Below are positions 18,535 to 26,900 of a DNA stretch of 64,000 nt, piece after piece. The stretch's first letter is position 1. Every line of letters starts with the position of its first letter. A program made the position numbers and the translations under genes. Under the pieces are notes generated by a model, which was given only the letters and a program-made list of their open reading frames with translations, searched no databases and had not been told where the DNA came from. This DNA is from Acidobacteriota bacterium (GTDB lineage: Bacteria; Acidobacteriota; Polarisedimenticolia; Polarisedimenticolales; DASRJG01): NCBI GenBank assembly GCA_032124015.1, contig JAQBEH010000049.1, positions 12,458-76,457 of the forward strand, written 5' to 3'.

Positions 18535-19500
18535 TTGAGCCTCTCCGAGTTCCATCCCGCGCCGTGGATGCGCGGACCCCACGCCCAGACGATCGTGCCG
18601 GCGTTTCTTCCCGCGCGCACGGTCCACGGCGCGGTCGAAACGATCGACGTCCCCGTCACGGCCGGAACGAGGGTGCGGGTCGCCGTGACGCGGCCGCCCG
18701 GCACGCCGCGCGGCACCCTTTTTGCGATCCACGGCCTGAGCGGTTCGGCGGAATCGGGCTACATGCGACGCACCGCGGTTCAAGCGCATGCGCGAGGGTG
18801 GGCGGTCGTCCGAATCAACCTGCGCAACTGCGGCGGCACGGAGGCGCTCGCCGCCACGTTTTACAACGCGGGGCAGAGCGATGACGCCGACGCGGTCTTG
18901 CGCGCCATCGAGGAGAAGGGCCTACCGCGGCCTTACGCGCTTCTCGGTTTTTCCTTGGGCGGGAATATCGCCCTCCTCTATGCGGGGCGATCGGGGAGCG
19001 CGTGCCGGGCGGACGCGGTGTGTGGCGTGAACCCCCCCGTCGAGCTCCCGGTCTGCATCGATGCGATCGAGCGGTCCGGCAACGCGCTCTATCACGCCTT
19101 TTTCACCCGCAGTCTCTGCGCCCAGCTGCGGCGGATCCGGTTGGTGCGCGAGGTTTCCGGGCCCGAGGCGACGCCCGGAACGATCGGCGGCGTAAGAGGC
19201 TTCGACGATCTGTTCACCGCTCCCGACGCCGGCTACGCGAGCGCCGCCGATTACTATCGGGGCGCCTCCGCGGGCGCCGTGCTGAGCGGGGTCAGACGGC
19301 CGGCGCTGGTGCTTTCGGCCCAGGACGATCCCTTCGTCCCGGTGTCCATGTTCGACGCGCACCGATCAGCGTCCGGCATCTTGCGGTTCGCGCTTCCTCG
19401 CGCGGGAGGCCATTGCGGCTATTGGGGAGCAGTCCGGCCTCGATTCTGGGCCGCCGAGGCGGCGCTTTTGTTCTTCGAGCGGGGCGGCGATCCCGGCTAG
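18535..19500 (+). CDS. alpha/beta hydrolase (YheT-like)
   Basis: N-terminal F.P.PWMRGPHAQT motif, HGLSGSAESGYM, and nucleophile elbow GFSLGGN. The TTG start at 18535 is required to include the conserved N-terminus. Confidence 0.75.
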   Translation: MSLSEFHPAPWMRGPHAQTIVPAFLPARTVHGAVETIDVPVTAGTRVRVAVTRPPGTPRGTLFAIHGLSGSAESGYMRRTAVQAHARGWAVVRINLRNCGGTEALAATFYNAGQSDDADAVLRAIEEKGLPRPYALLGFSLGGNIALLYAGRSGSACRADAVCGVNPPVELPVCIDAIERSGNALYHAFFTRSLCAQLRRIRLVREVSGPEATPGTIGGVRGFDDLFTAPDAGYASAADYYRGASAGAVLSGVRRPALVLSAQDDPFVPVSMFDAHRSASGILRFALPRAGGHCGYWGAVRPRFWAAEAALLFFERGGDPG

Positions 19501-19715
19501 CCCTCGGTGTTGCCGTCGACCGCGTCACGCACCGCGCTGACCGCGCGCTCCATGGCGTCTCCCGCGCCGCTCCGGCGCAACCACGACGCCAGCGAGTCGC
19601 GCATCTCACGTCCGTTTTTCGGCGAAGCCAGGAGCGCCACGGCGGCCCCCGCCGCAGCACCCACCAGAAACGCGAGCAACAGATTGCCTCCGGAAGTTCC
19701 GCGGTCGTCGCTCAT
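19497..19715 (-). CDS. YtxH domain-containing small membrane/stress protein
   Basis: 72 aa. GNLLLAFLVGAAAGAAVALLASPKNGREMRDSL is the YtxH signature. Its ATG overlaps the stop of the upstream DUF948 gene (ATGA). Confidence 0.7.
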   Translation of the reverse strand: MSDDRGTSGGNLLLAFLVGAAAGAAVALLASPKNGREMRDSLASWLRRSGAGDAMERAVSAVRDAVDGNTEG

Positions 19716-20140
19716 GGCACGGGCTCCACCGGCTCCACCGGCTCCACCGGCTCGGGCGAGTCCTGCCGATCGGACTCCTTGTCGCCGTCTTTGGATCTGA
19801 GGCCGAAGGCCGCGAGTAAGGCACCACCCAGAATTGAACCCAGTGACGCCACCGTACCCACGGTCCGGCGGACTCTGGAGAGCGCGTCACCGATTCCGCC
19901 CAAGGCCGTGAGAAGCGACGACACCTTGTTTGCCCCGCGCTCGAGATCGTCGGCCGCCCGGTTGACGCGCTCGAGCGTGCCCGAGAGCTGGTCGAGGGCT
20001 TCGTTCACGTGCCCACCGGTGATCTCCAGCGTGTTTTCCGCGGCTTTCAGCGTCTTGTAGAACTGGAGGAGGGCGGGAACCGCAGTTCCGACGAGCACCG
20101 CGACGAGCGCAACGAGGACCCAACCGGCTACTGGCGTCAT
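19712..20140 (-). CDS. DUF948 domain-containing membrane-anchored protein
   Basis: Start at MTPVAGWVLVALVAVLVGTAVPALLQFYKTLK (ATG at the complement of 20138..20140, GGGAG SD). A coiled-coil-like body is followed by a C-terminal PEPVEPVEPVEPV tail. Confidence 0.7.
   Translation of the reverse strand: MTPVAGWVLVALVAVLVGTAVPALLQFYKTLKAAENTLEITGGHVNEALDQLSGTLERVNRAADDLERGANKVSSLLTALGGIGDALSRVRRTVGTVASLGSILGGALLAAFGLRSKDGDKESDRQDSPEPVEPVEPVEPVP
19722..19748. repeat. perfect 3x tandem 9-mer (GGCTCCACC)
   Basis: Read directly from the sequence. It encodes the (EPV)n tail of the DUF948 protein on the minus strand. Confidence 0.9.
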
Positions 20141-20268
20141 GGAGTGACTCCCTCGTGACGGACCGCCCTCACGGTAGCAGACCCCCCCCTTTTGGACACG
20201 TATCGGCCGGCGGCGTGACAAAGCGGCGACCGGAACCTAAGTTTTGGAGCGGTTTTGGGGGACGCCGC

Positions 20269-21318
20269 ATGGCCCAGGTACTACTGGTCGGAGACGATAG
20301 GGATCGAACCTCCGGAGTGAAATCGCTCCTGGCTCTCGACGGGCACATCGTCGCCATGGCCAAGGACGTGTCGCGATGGCGCGATGCGGAGAAATCCGCT
20401 TCTCCCGAGGTCATCGTCGTCGCCGTGGCCGCACCCGATGCGGTGCTGTCCGTACCGATGGGAGGCTCCCGCGGATTCGCGCCGCCGATTCTATTCGTGC
20501 ATCGGGAGAGCGACGAGACCCGCGAGCCCCACCTCGACGAGCGCATGGTCGATCGAATCACGACTCCGTTCGCCGCCGAGGAGTTCCTGGGACGCGTCGA
20601 TGCGCTGATTCGCGTGCGTCGTGTCGTGATGCATCAGCAGGGCGCCTCGAACGAAGACGCCGACGGGACGCCGGTCCGCGGCCGGTGGAGCGCCATTCTC
20701 GCATCCTTCCTGAAGGCCCGGTTGCCACGCCATGTGAAGCCGCCGGCCCCCTACCTCGAGGTCGCGGCCGCGGTGGCCGATTGGTCCGACCGCCGCGACG
20801 GGTTCGAGGCCGGGCATCCCGAGCGGGTCGCGAATTTCGCCGCGATGATCGCCGACGAATTCGGCCTCGCGGACGGAGAAACCGCCGCGCTGCTTCGCGC
20901 GGCCATGCTGCACGACATCGGAAAAGTCGCTCTGCCGATCGAGGTGTTACGCCAGCGGGGGCCCCTCGAAGACAGTCAGATGCGGATGCTGCGCACGCAT
21001 GCCGAGCGCGGCGCGGCGATCTTGCGGGCCCTCGACAAGGACGAGGTGGTGGCCAACACGGTTCTCTACCACCACGAAAACGTGGACGGCAGCGGTTACT
21101 TCGGCCGCAAGGGCGACAAGATCCCGCGCGCCTCCAGGATCCTCGCGGTGGCCGAGGGGTTCGACGCCATGACGACGTCGCTCGTCAGGAAGCGCCTCAC
21201 GACCCAGGCCGCGATCGGGCTGTTGCGCGACCACCGCGGCTCACAGTGGGACGGCGAGTGTGTCGATGCGCTGGTGGGCGCCTTGCAGCCACGGTCTCTC
21301 TCGATTCCTCTCTCGTAG
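20269..21318 (+). CDS. HD-GYP domain phosphodiesterase with degenerate N-terminal receiver domain
   Basis: Start at MAQVLLVGDD (ATG 20269). HD-GYP motifs: HPERVANF, MLHDIGKVALP, HHENVDGSGYF. The receiver-like domain has Ala at the phospho-Asp position (EVIVVAVAAPD) and TPF instead of KPF. Confidence 0.85.
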   Translation: MAQVLLVGDDRDRTSGVKSLLALDGHIVAMAKDVSRWRDAEKSASPEVIVVAVAAPDAVLSVPMGGSRGFAPPILFVHRESDETREPHLDERMVDRITTPFAAEEFLGRVDALIRVRRVVMHQQGASNEDADGTPVRGRWSAILASFLKARLPRHVKPPAPYLEVAAAVADWSDRRDGFEAGHPERVANFAAMIADEFGLADGETAALLRAAMLHDIGKVALPIEVLRQRGPLEDSQMRMLRTHAERGAAILRALDKDEVVANTVLYHHENVDGSGYFGRKGDKIPRASRILAVAEGFDAMTTSLVRKRLTTQAAIGLLRDHRGSQWDGECVDALVGALQPRSLSIPLS

Positions 21319-21416
21319 CGCGTGGGATCGGGCCGTCATTCCGGCAGCCGAGCGCGGTTCGTTCTCGACTACAATCCCCGTTCAACTGGCTGCCCGTCCC
21401 ACTGAGGTCTGTCGCT

Positions 21417-22655
21417 GTGAGTCCAGTGCTCTGGGTCCTGTTCGGCGCGCTGGTGATCGGAATTCTGGCGTTCGATCTGGGCGTGCTGTCCCGGCGTATC
21501 CACTTGCCGTCGGCCCGCGAGGCGCTCGCGCGAACGGCGTTTTTCGTCGCGCTGTCTCTCGCCTTCGCGCCGGTCGTCTGGTGGCTCTACGAGCGGCACG
21601 GCTTCGGCGCGGGGAGCGCCGAGGGGCTGAGCGGGAGCGAGGCGATGATCGCCTTCCTGACGGCGTGGCTCCTCGAGCAGTCCCTCTCCCTCGACAACAT
21701 CTTCGTCATAGCGCTGATTTTCGGGTACTTCCGCGTCCCGGGGATGTACCGCCAGCGCGTCTTGTTCTGGGGGATCCTGGGTGCCCTCGTCTTGCGGTTC
21801 GCCATGATCGTGGCGGGCGCGGCCGCCGTTCGACGCTTTCACTGGGTCATTTACATCTTTGGCGCGGTGTTGATCGCCTCGGCGATCAAGATGCTGTTCA
21901 CTTCGGAGGAGATGTTCGACCCGGATCGTAGCCCTCTGGTTCGTTCCGCACGGCGGCTCTTCCCGGTCACGAGCGCATATCACGAAGAGCACTTCTTCGT
22001 CCGCAGGAATGGCCGGCTGTCGGCAACGCCGCTCTTTCTGGCGCTCGTCATGATCGAGGGTACCGACGTCATGTTCGCGGTCGACTCGATCCCCGCGGCG
22101 TTCGCGGTGACGAGCGACGCGTTTTTGGTGTTCACGTCGAACGTGTTCGCCATCTTGGGGCTTCGATCGCTCTACTTCGCGCTCGAGGGGCTCATCCACC
22201 GGTTCAAGTACCTGAAGGTGTCCTTGACGCTGGTGCTCCTGTACGTCGGTGTGAAGATGCTTGCGTCACACTACGTGGCGATCCCGAACCCCGTATCCCT
22301 GCTGGTGATCGTCACGATCCTGGTCGTCGGCATCTTCGCGTCGATGGCCCGTGCGGAGGCCCCGATCGCGGCGACCGCGGCCATCCCCGTCAAGCTCGCG
22401 ACCTGGGCGCGCCGGAACGCCCGGCGCGTCGTGGTGCTGGTGGTCGGAGGAACGGTGCTCGCGACGGGAGTTGTGATGCTGGCGGCGCCGGGCCCTGGAG
22501 TTCTCGTCATCTTCGGGGGACTATCGATCCTCGCCGCGGAGTTCGCGTGGGCGCGACGCTGGCTGAAACGAACCCGCACGGCTTTTTCAGGGGTCAAGGC
22601 GAATACCTGGGATCGCTTCCGGCGCAAGCCGGACCGTACGGAGCCCCCGAGCTAG
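21417..22655 (+). CDS. TerC-family integral membrane protein fused to a C-terminal PGPGW domain
   Basis: GTG start at 21417 (VSPVLWVLFGALVIG...). TerC motifs: EQSLSLDNIFVIALIF and FAVDSIPAAFAVT. The C-terminus LAAPGPGVLVIFGGLSILAAEFAWARRWLKR matches the PGPGW transmembrane domain. The upstream 350 codons of the 759-aa ORF overlap the HD-GYP gene in another frame and are Arg-rich junk. Confidence 0.85.
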   Translation: MSPVLWVLFGALVIGILAFDLGVLSRRIHLPSAREALARTAFFVALSLAFAPVVWWLYERHGFGAGSAEGLSGSEAMIAFLTAWLLEQSLSLDNIFVIALIFGYFRVPGMYRQRVLFWGILGALVLRFAMIVAGAAAVRRFHWVIYIFGAVLIASAIKMLFTSEEMFDPDRSPLVRSARRLFPVTSAYHEEHFFVRRNGRLSATPLFLALVMIEGTDVMFAVDSIPAAFAVTSDAFLVFTSNVFAILGLRSLYFALEGLIHRFKYLKVSLTLVLLYVGVKMLASHYVAIPNPVSLLVIVTILVVGIFASMARAEAPIAATAAIPVKLATWARRNARRVVVLVVGGTVLATGVVMLAAPGPGVLVIFGGLSILAAEFAWARRWLKRTRTAFSGVKANTWDRFRRKPDRTEPPS

Positions 22656-23698
22656 GCGCCCTTGGGGTTGACGCGGTCGAGCCCCAACGCCACGATCCGC
22701 TCGATCAGTTCGGTGTAGGGGATACCGACCTTCGCCGCGGCTTCCGCGATGTCCTCACCCTGCGCGATTTCGGGATTGGGGTTGGCCTCGACGACGACGA
22801 GCTTGCCATCCTCGGTCAACCGAAGATCGATACGGCCGAAACCGCGCATCTGCAGCGCCCGAAAGACACGTTTAGCGACCGTTGCGATCGAGCGCTGCAG
22901 CGATTCGGACAGGTCGTCGGGGAACGCCGAGAAGATCCCCCAACGCTCACGGTACCCCTCGTCCCACTTCGCCTTGAAGCTTGCGAACCTGGGCTCGCCT
23001 TCCGGAACCTTCGAGAACTTCAGTTCGCGCGGCGGGAGCACCTTGAGGCGGTCGTTACCGATGACGCCGACGTAGATCTCCCGTCCCCCGACGTAGCGCT
23101 CGACGATGACATCTCGTTTCAGCCGAGAGTGGAGGAAGTGGATCCGGGCCAGAGCCTGTTCCTCGGTCTCGGCGAACGAGTCTCGCGAGATGCCGACGCT
23201 GCCTTCCTCGGCCAACGGCTTCACGATGACGGGGAAGATGGCGCGCGAGAGCTTTTTCAAGGGCAGCGTCCTCCGCGACACGAGAAACGGCGCGACCGGG
23301 ACGCGGTGGTGCTTCAGGATCTCTTTTGAGAGCGCCTTGTCCTGGCAGAGCATCAGCGCGCGATGGTCGCACCCGGTATAGGGAACGCGGCACAACTCGA
23401 GGACTCCGGCGATGTGACTCTCGAAATGGCGGGTGCCGTGAAACGTCTGAACGAAGTTCCAGACGAGATCGGGCTGGATGCGCTCGACCAGATCGATGAC
23501 GTCGCGCGGGTTCTTGTAGATCGCGCCCAGGTGGACCTCGTGGCCGAGCGCCTTCAGCGCCGTCACCACGTGCCCCTCCGTTCGCCAATCCGGCTCTTCC
23601 CTCATGCGGCGCTCGTACTCCTCGTCAGGCGCCGGAGGATCGTTCACCTCGAACAGAACCAGGATGCGCAGCCGCTCCTTGTGTTTCTGCTTCTTCAT
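22652..23698 (-). CDS. ATP-grasp ligase of the D-Ala-D-Ala-ligase-like family
   Basis: Start at MKKQKHKERLRILVLFE (ATG at the complement of 23696..23698). ATP-grasp features: FPVIVKPLAEEGSVGIS, IVERYVGGREIYVGVIG, GFGRIDLRLTEDGKLVVVEANPNP. The start overlaps the upstream peptidase stop (ATGA). Confidence 0.85.
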   Translation of the reverse strand: MKKQKHKERLRILVLFEVNDPPAPDEEYERRMREEPDWRTEGHVVTALKALGHEVHLGAIYKNPRDVIDLVERIQPDLVWNFVQTFHGTRHFESHIAGVLELCRVPYTGCDHRALMLCQDKALSKEILKHHRVPVAPFLVSRRTLPLKKLSRAIFPVIVKPLAEEGSVGISRDSFAETEEQALARIHFLHSRLKRDVIVERYVGGREIYVGVIGNDRLKVLPPRELKFSKVPEGEPRFASFKAKWDEGYRERWGIFSAFPDDLSESLQRSIATVAKRVFRALQMRGFGRIDLRLTEDGKLVVVEANPNPEIAQGEDIAEAAAKVGIPYTELIERIVALGLDRVNPKGA

Positions 23699-24729
23699 GG
23701 GCCGGTCACCCGATAGCTGTGCGTGCGCAATCGGTTGACGATGAGTGTCGTCGCAAACGTCGAAAATTTCACGAGGGTGCGCTCCTCCGGCTCGCGGAGT
23801 ACGAGGCCGTGCGTGGTGCACATTTGCGCGAGGCTCGCCACGACGCGAGCGACCTGATTGCGTCTCTCGCCCGACCAGCCGGCGATCGCATCGACCAGCG
23901 GCCGCTTGTGCGTGCGGACGAAATCGGCGGCCGGTTCCGTCGGCTCCGCGGCGCGCGACACGCGGAAGATCCGCTTCAATGCGCGCTCCGTGGCGGCCGG
24001 ATCCCCGAGGGGAAAAAGGCGGAGTTTCTTTTCGTAGTAACTGAGAAGAGTCGATTGCAGCGCGCGGGCCTCCGGACCCACCGTGGGTGTCCGGACCGGG
24101 ACGGGCCGCGTCTTCACCTCGCGCATGAGCCGGTCGATGTAGCGCAGCTTCTTGAGCGCCGGCCGCCCCGCGTAGCGATCTCGCCAGGCGGAGGCCGGGT
24201 TCAGCCAGACCGCGAACGTTTCCGCGAAGTCCTCGACCGGATGGGCCTGCGCGTAGTGGTCGGGGACATTCGTCACGAAGTCGCGGCTGAACGGGTCGAT
24301 CTCGTAGTAGTACGGCTGGTATTTGGTGCGCGGCGACCCGAACACGTCCTTCCACTCGTCGTCCCGCGACAGCCGGTAGGCGTGATCGAAGGCGTGCCCC
24401 GCCTCGTGGCGGAGCAGCTTCAGGCACCACGCCACCCCGTTCCCCTCGATCTCGAACATCATCCGGTTCTCGAGCGCCTTCAATCGCGGGTGGGCTAGAA
24501 AAAACGGGATGCCGATGGCCGCCTGGCCGCCGGGCGAGAGCCATTCGTCGGAGAGGAAACAGACGGGCCTGAGCTTGAGGCCCTTGGCGTGAAGCTCCCG
24601 CTCGAACTGCCGGACGCGAAGCTCGAGGTCGGTTCCTTTGATCTGGACTTTGAGATCGCAGATCCGCAGGTGGAGGAGGTCGTCGTCGGAGAGCGCCTCC
24701 CACGCGACCTTGGACTTACGGCTGACCAA
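23695..24729 (-). CDS. putative zinc-binding metallopeptidase (HExxH; Peptidase_Mx/MtfA-like)
   Basis: 344 aa. LLRHEAGHAFDH carries the HExxH motif, with a downstream HPVEDFAETFAVW motif as a candidate third-ligand region. Confidence 0.75.
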   Translation of the reverse strand: MVSRKSKVAWEALSDDDLLHLRICDLKVQIKGTDLELRVRQFERELHAKGLKLRPVCFLSDEWLSPGGQAAIGIPFFLAHPRLKALENRMMFEIEGNGVAWCLKLLRHEAGHAFDHAYRLSRDDEWKDVFGSPRTKYQPYYYEIDPFSRDFVTNVPDHYAQAHPVEDFAETFAVWLNPASAWRDRYAGRPALKKLRYIDRLMREVKTRPVPVRTPTVGPEARALQSTLLSYYEKKLRLFPLGDPAATERALKRIFRVSRAAEPTEPAADFVRTHKRPLVDAIAGWSGERRNQVARVVASLAQMCTTHGLVLREPEERTLVKFSTFATTLIVNRLRTHSYRVTGP

Positions 24730-24791
24730 GGGCTCGCACCTCGTACCGGATCGAACTCATCCAGCGGGCCGGAGATGCTAACACGCGGTTT

Positions 24792-26900
24792 CTAGCGTCG
24801 CGCCAACGCCTTCGCCAGATCGGCGGGATCGGTCACGGGCGCATCGCAGGCATAGTTGCGGCAAACGTAGGCTGCGGGCTTTCCACCCAGGAGCATCTTT
24901 CCCTTGAGCATCGGAAGGTCGCTCGGCCCGGCCGCCGGATCGAACCACTCCAAAGCGCGCGCGGGAATGTAGCGGGCACGGGCGGTGGAGAGCAGGCTGC
25001 GCGTGCCCGCAGCGTCGCGCGCGCCCACGAGCGCGATCTCGAGTACGTCCTTTCCGGGCCCGTAGGCGGAGGCGTTCAAAAGCGAGGCGAACCCCGCGGG
25101 TGCTCGCTCGACGAGGGGCCGAAGCGCCGCAAGCGTCGCCAACCCCGCCTTGCGGAACGCGGCGTCGTCCAAGTGGAGGGCCAGGCGCAAGAGCGTCTCG
25201 GCGGCGACCGCGGAGCCCGCGGGGATCGCATCGTCGTGGGTGCTTCGCGTGCGCGCGAGGATCGCCTCGTGATCGTCCGAGGTGAAGTGAAATCCACCGT
25301 GACCGTCTCCAAAACGGCCGAGCATCGTCCGCGTCAACGCCGCCGCGCGATCGAGGTCGCGCCGGTCGAAACCGGATTCGTAGAGATCGAGGAGGCCGCG
25401 CGCGAGGAAGGCGTAATCGTCGAGGTAGGCGTTCAGGTGGGCCTTACCTCCCCGAAAGGACACCAGCAGCCGATCGCCTTTTGCAAGATGAGCGAGGACG
25501 AAACCCGCGGCGCGGCGCGCCGACCGGAGATCCTCTTCCCGGTCGAACGCGTCGTAGGCCCTTGCGAAGGCCGAGATCATGAGTCCGTTCCAGGCCGTCA
25601 GCACCTTGTCGTCGGTCGCGGGGCGAGCGCGTTTCCCTCGCGCGGCCAGGAGCTTCGCCTTCATCGGCGCTACGCCCGCAACCACCGTGTCGCCGGCGAG
25701 CGGTCCCCCCAGGAGGTTGGGGATGCTCTTCCCCTCGAAATTGCCCGGGACCTGAATGCCGTAAGTCTTGCAGAAGAACGCCCCGTCTTCCGGGCCGAGA
25801 ACCGCCTTGATCTGGTCCGGCGTCCAAACGTAGAAGATGCCTTCGTGCCCCTCGCTGTCCGCGTCGAGCGACGCGTAGAGACCGCCGTCGGAGGACGTCA
25901 TCTCGCGGCGTACGAAATCGAGCGTCTCCAGCACGACGCGCCGGTAAAGCGGTTTTCCGGTCACGAGCCACGCGTCGACGTAGACGGGCACGAGGAGCGC
26001 CTGGTCGTAGAGCATCTTCTCGAAGTGGGGAACGAGCCACCTCGGGTCGGTCGAATAGCGGGAAAAGCCCCCTCCGATCTGGTCGTACATGCCGCCTTCG
26101 GCCATGCGATCCAGGGTGGTCGTCACCATCACGAGCACCTTCGGGTCGCCGGTGCGCGCGTGTTCGCGCAGCAGCAGGGCCAAACCGGCGTGCGGCGGGA
26201 ATTTCGGGGCCGGACCGAAGCCGCCCCACGTCGCGTCGAATCGCGATTTCAGATCGTCCGCGGCGCGCGTGGTTTCTTTCGGGCCGACCGGCTCGCCGCC
26301 GGCCGGCGCAGCGACGACCCCGGATGCGGCCTTCAGGCGCGAGGCGATTTCGGACGCGGAACTTTCGATTTCGTCGCGACGCGTCGTCCACGCATCGTGG
26401 ACGGCGGCGAGGAGTGTAGGAAAGCCGGGGCGCCCGGAGCGGTCCTCCGGCGGGAAGTAGGTGCCCCCGAAAAACGGCTTGCCTTCCGGTGTCAGGAAGA
26501 CGTTGAGCGGCCAACCCCCGTGGCCGGTCATCGACTGCACCGCCGTCATGTAGATCTCGTCGAGGTCGGGGCGCTCTTCACGATCGACCTTGATCGCCAC
26601 GAACGAATCGTTCAAGAGGGCCGCGATCGTTTCGTTTTCGAACGACTCGCGCTCCATGACGTGGCACCAATGGCATGCCGCGTACCCGATCGAGAGGAAG
26701 ATCGGCTTGTTTTCCGCCTTGGCTTTGGCTAAGGCCTCCGGTCCCCAGGGGTACCAGTCGACCGGGTTGAACTGGTGTTGGAGAAGGTAGGGGCTGGTCT
26801 GCCCCGCGAGGTGGTTGGGCTTCTTCCCCGGGGGTTGTGTTGGATGAGGCATCGAGACTCCCGTGATGAGTAACGTGGTCAAGCAGAAGGCGCAGATCAT
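24792..26900 (-). CDS. thioredoxin-domain protein of the DUF255/YyaL family (Trx-like N-domain + (alpha/alpha)6 barrel)
   Basis: [52 protein letters not shown] is the hallmark of the family. ATG 26900 overlaps the upstream stop (ATGA). An alternative start is MPHPTQ at 26852. Confidence 0.9.
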   Translation of the reverse strand: MICAFCLTTLLITGVSMPHPTQPPGKKPNHLAGQTSPYLLQHQFNPVDWYPWGPEALAKAKAENKPIFLSIGYAACHWCHVMERESFENETIAALLNDSFVAIKVDREERPDLDEIYMTAVQSMTGHGGWPLNVFLTPEGKPFFGGTYFPPEDRSGRPGFPTLLAAVHDAWTTRRDEIESSASEIASRLKAASGVVAAPAGGEPVGPKETTRAADDLKSRFDATWGGFGPAPKFPPHAGLALLLREHARTGDPKVLVMVTTTLDRMAEGGMYDQIGGGFSRYSTDPRWLVPHFEKMLYDQALLVPVYVDAWLVTGKPLYRRVVLETLDFVRREMTSSDGGLYASLDADSEGHEGIFYVWTPDQIKAVLGPEDGAFFCKTYGIQVPGNFEGKSIPNLLGGPLAGDTVVAGVAPMKAKLLAARGKRARPATDDKVLTAWNGLMISAFARAYDAFDREEDLRSARRAAGFVLAHLAKGDRLLVSFRGGKAHLNAYLDDYAFLARGLLDLYESGFDRRDLDRAAALTRTMLGRFGDGHGGFHFTSDDHEAILARTRSTHDDAIPAGSAVAAETLLRLALHLDDAAFRKAGLATLAALRPLVERAPAGFASLLNASAYGPGKDVLEIALVGARDAAGTRSLLSTARARYIPARALEWFDPAAGPSDLPMLKGKMLLGGKPAAYVCRNYACDAPVTDPADLAKALARR

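Noticed and set aside
19722-19748. Tandem 9-nt repeat considered as a CRISPR-like or VNTR regulatory element
   Set aside because: There are only three contiguous copies and no spacers. It lies inside a coding region, where it encodes an (EPV)n tail. It is a simple in-frame microsatellite.
20376-21416. 347-codon N-terminal extension of the TerC ORF
   Set aside because: It overlaps the HD-GYP gene in another frame and is Arg-rich. The first TM helix of TerC begins at the GTG at 21417.
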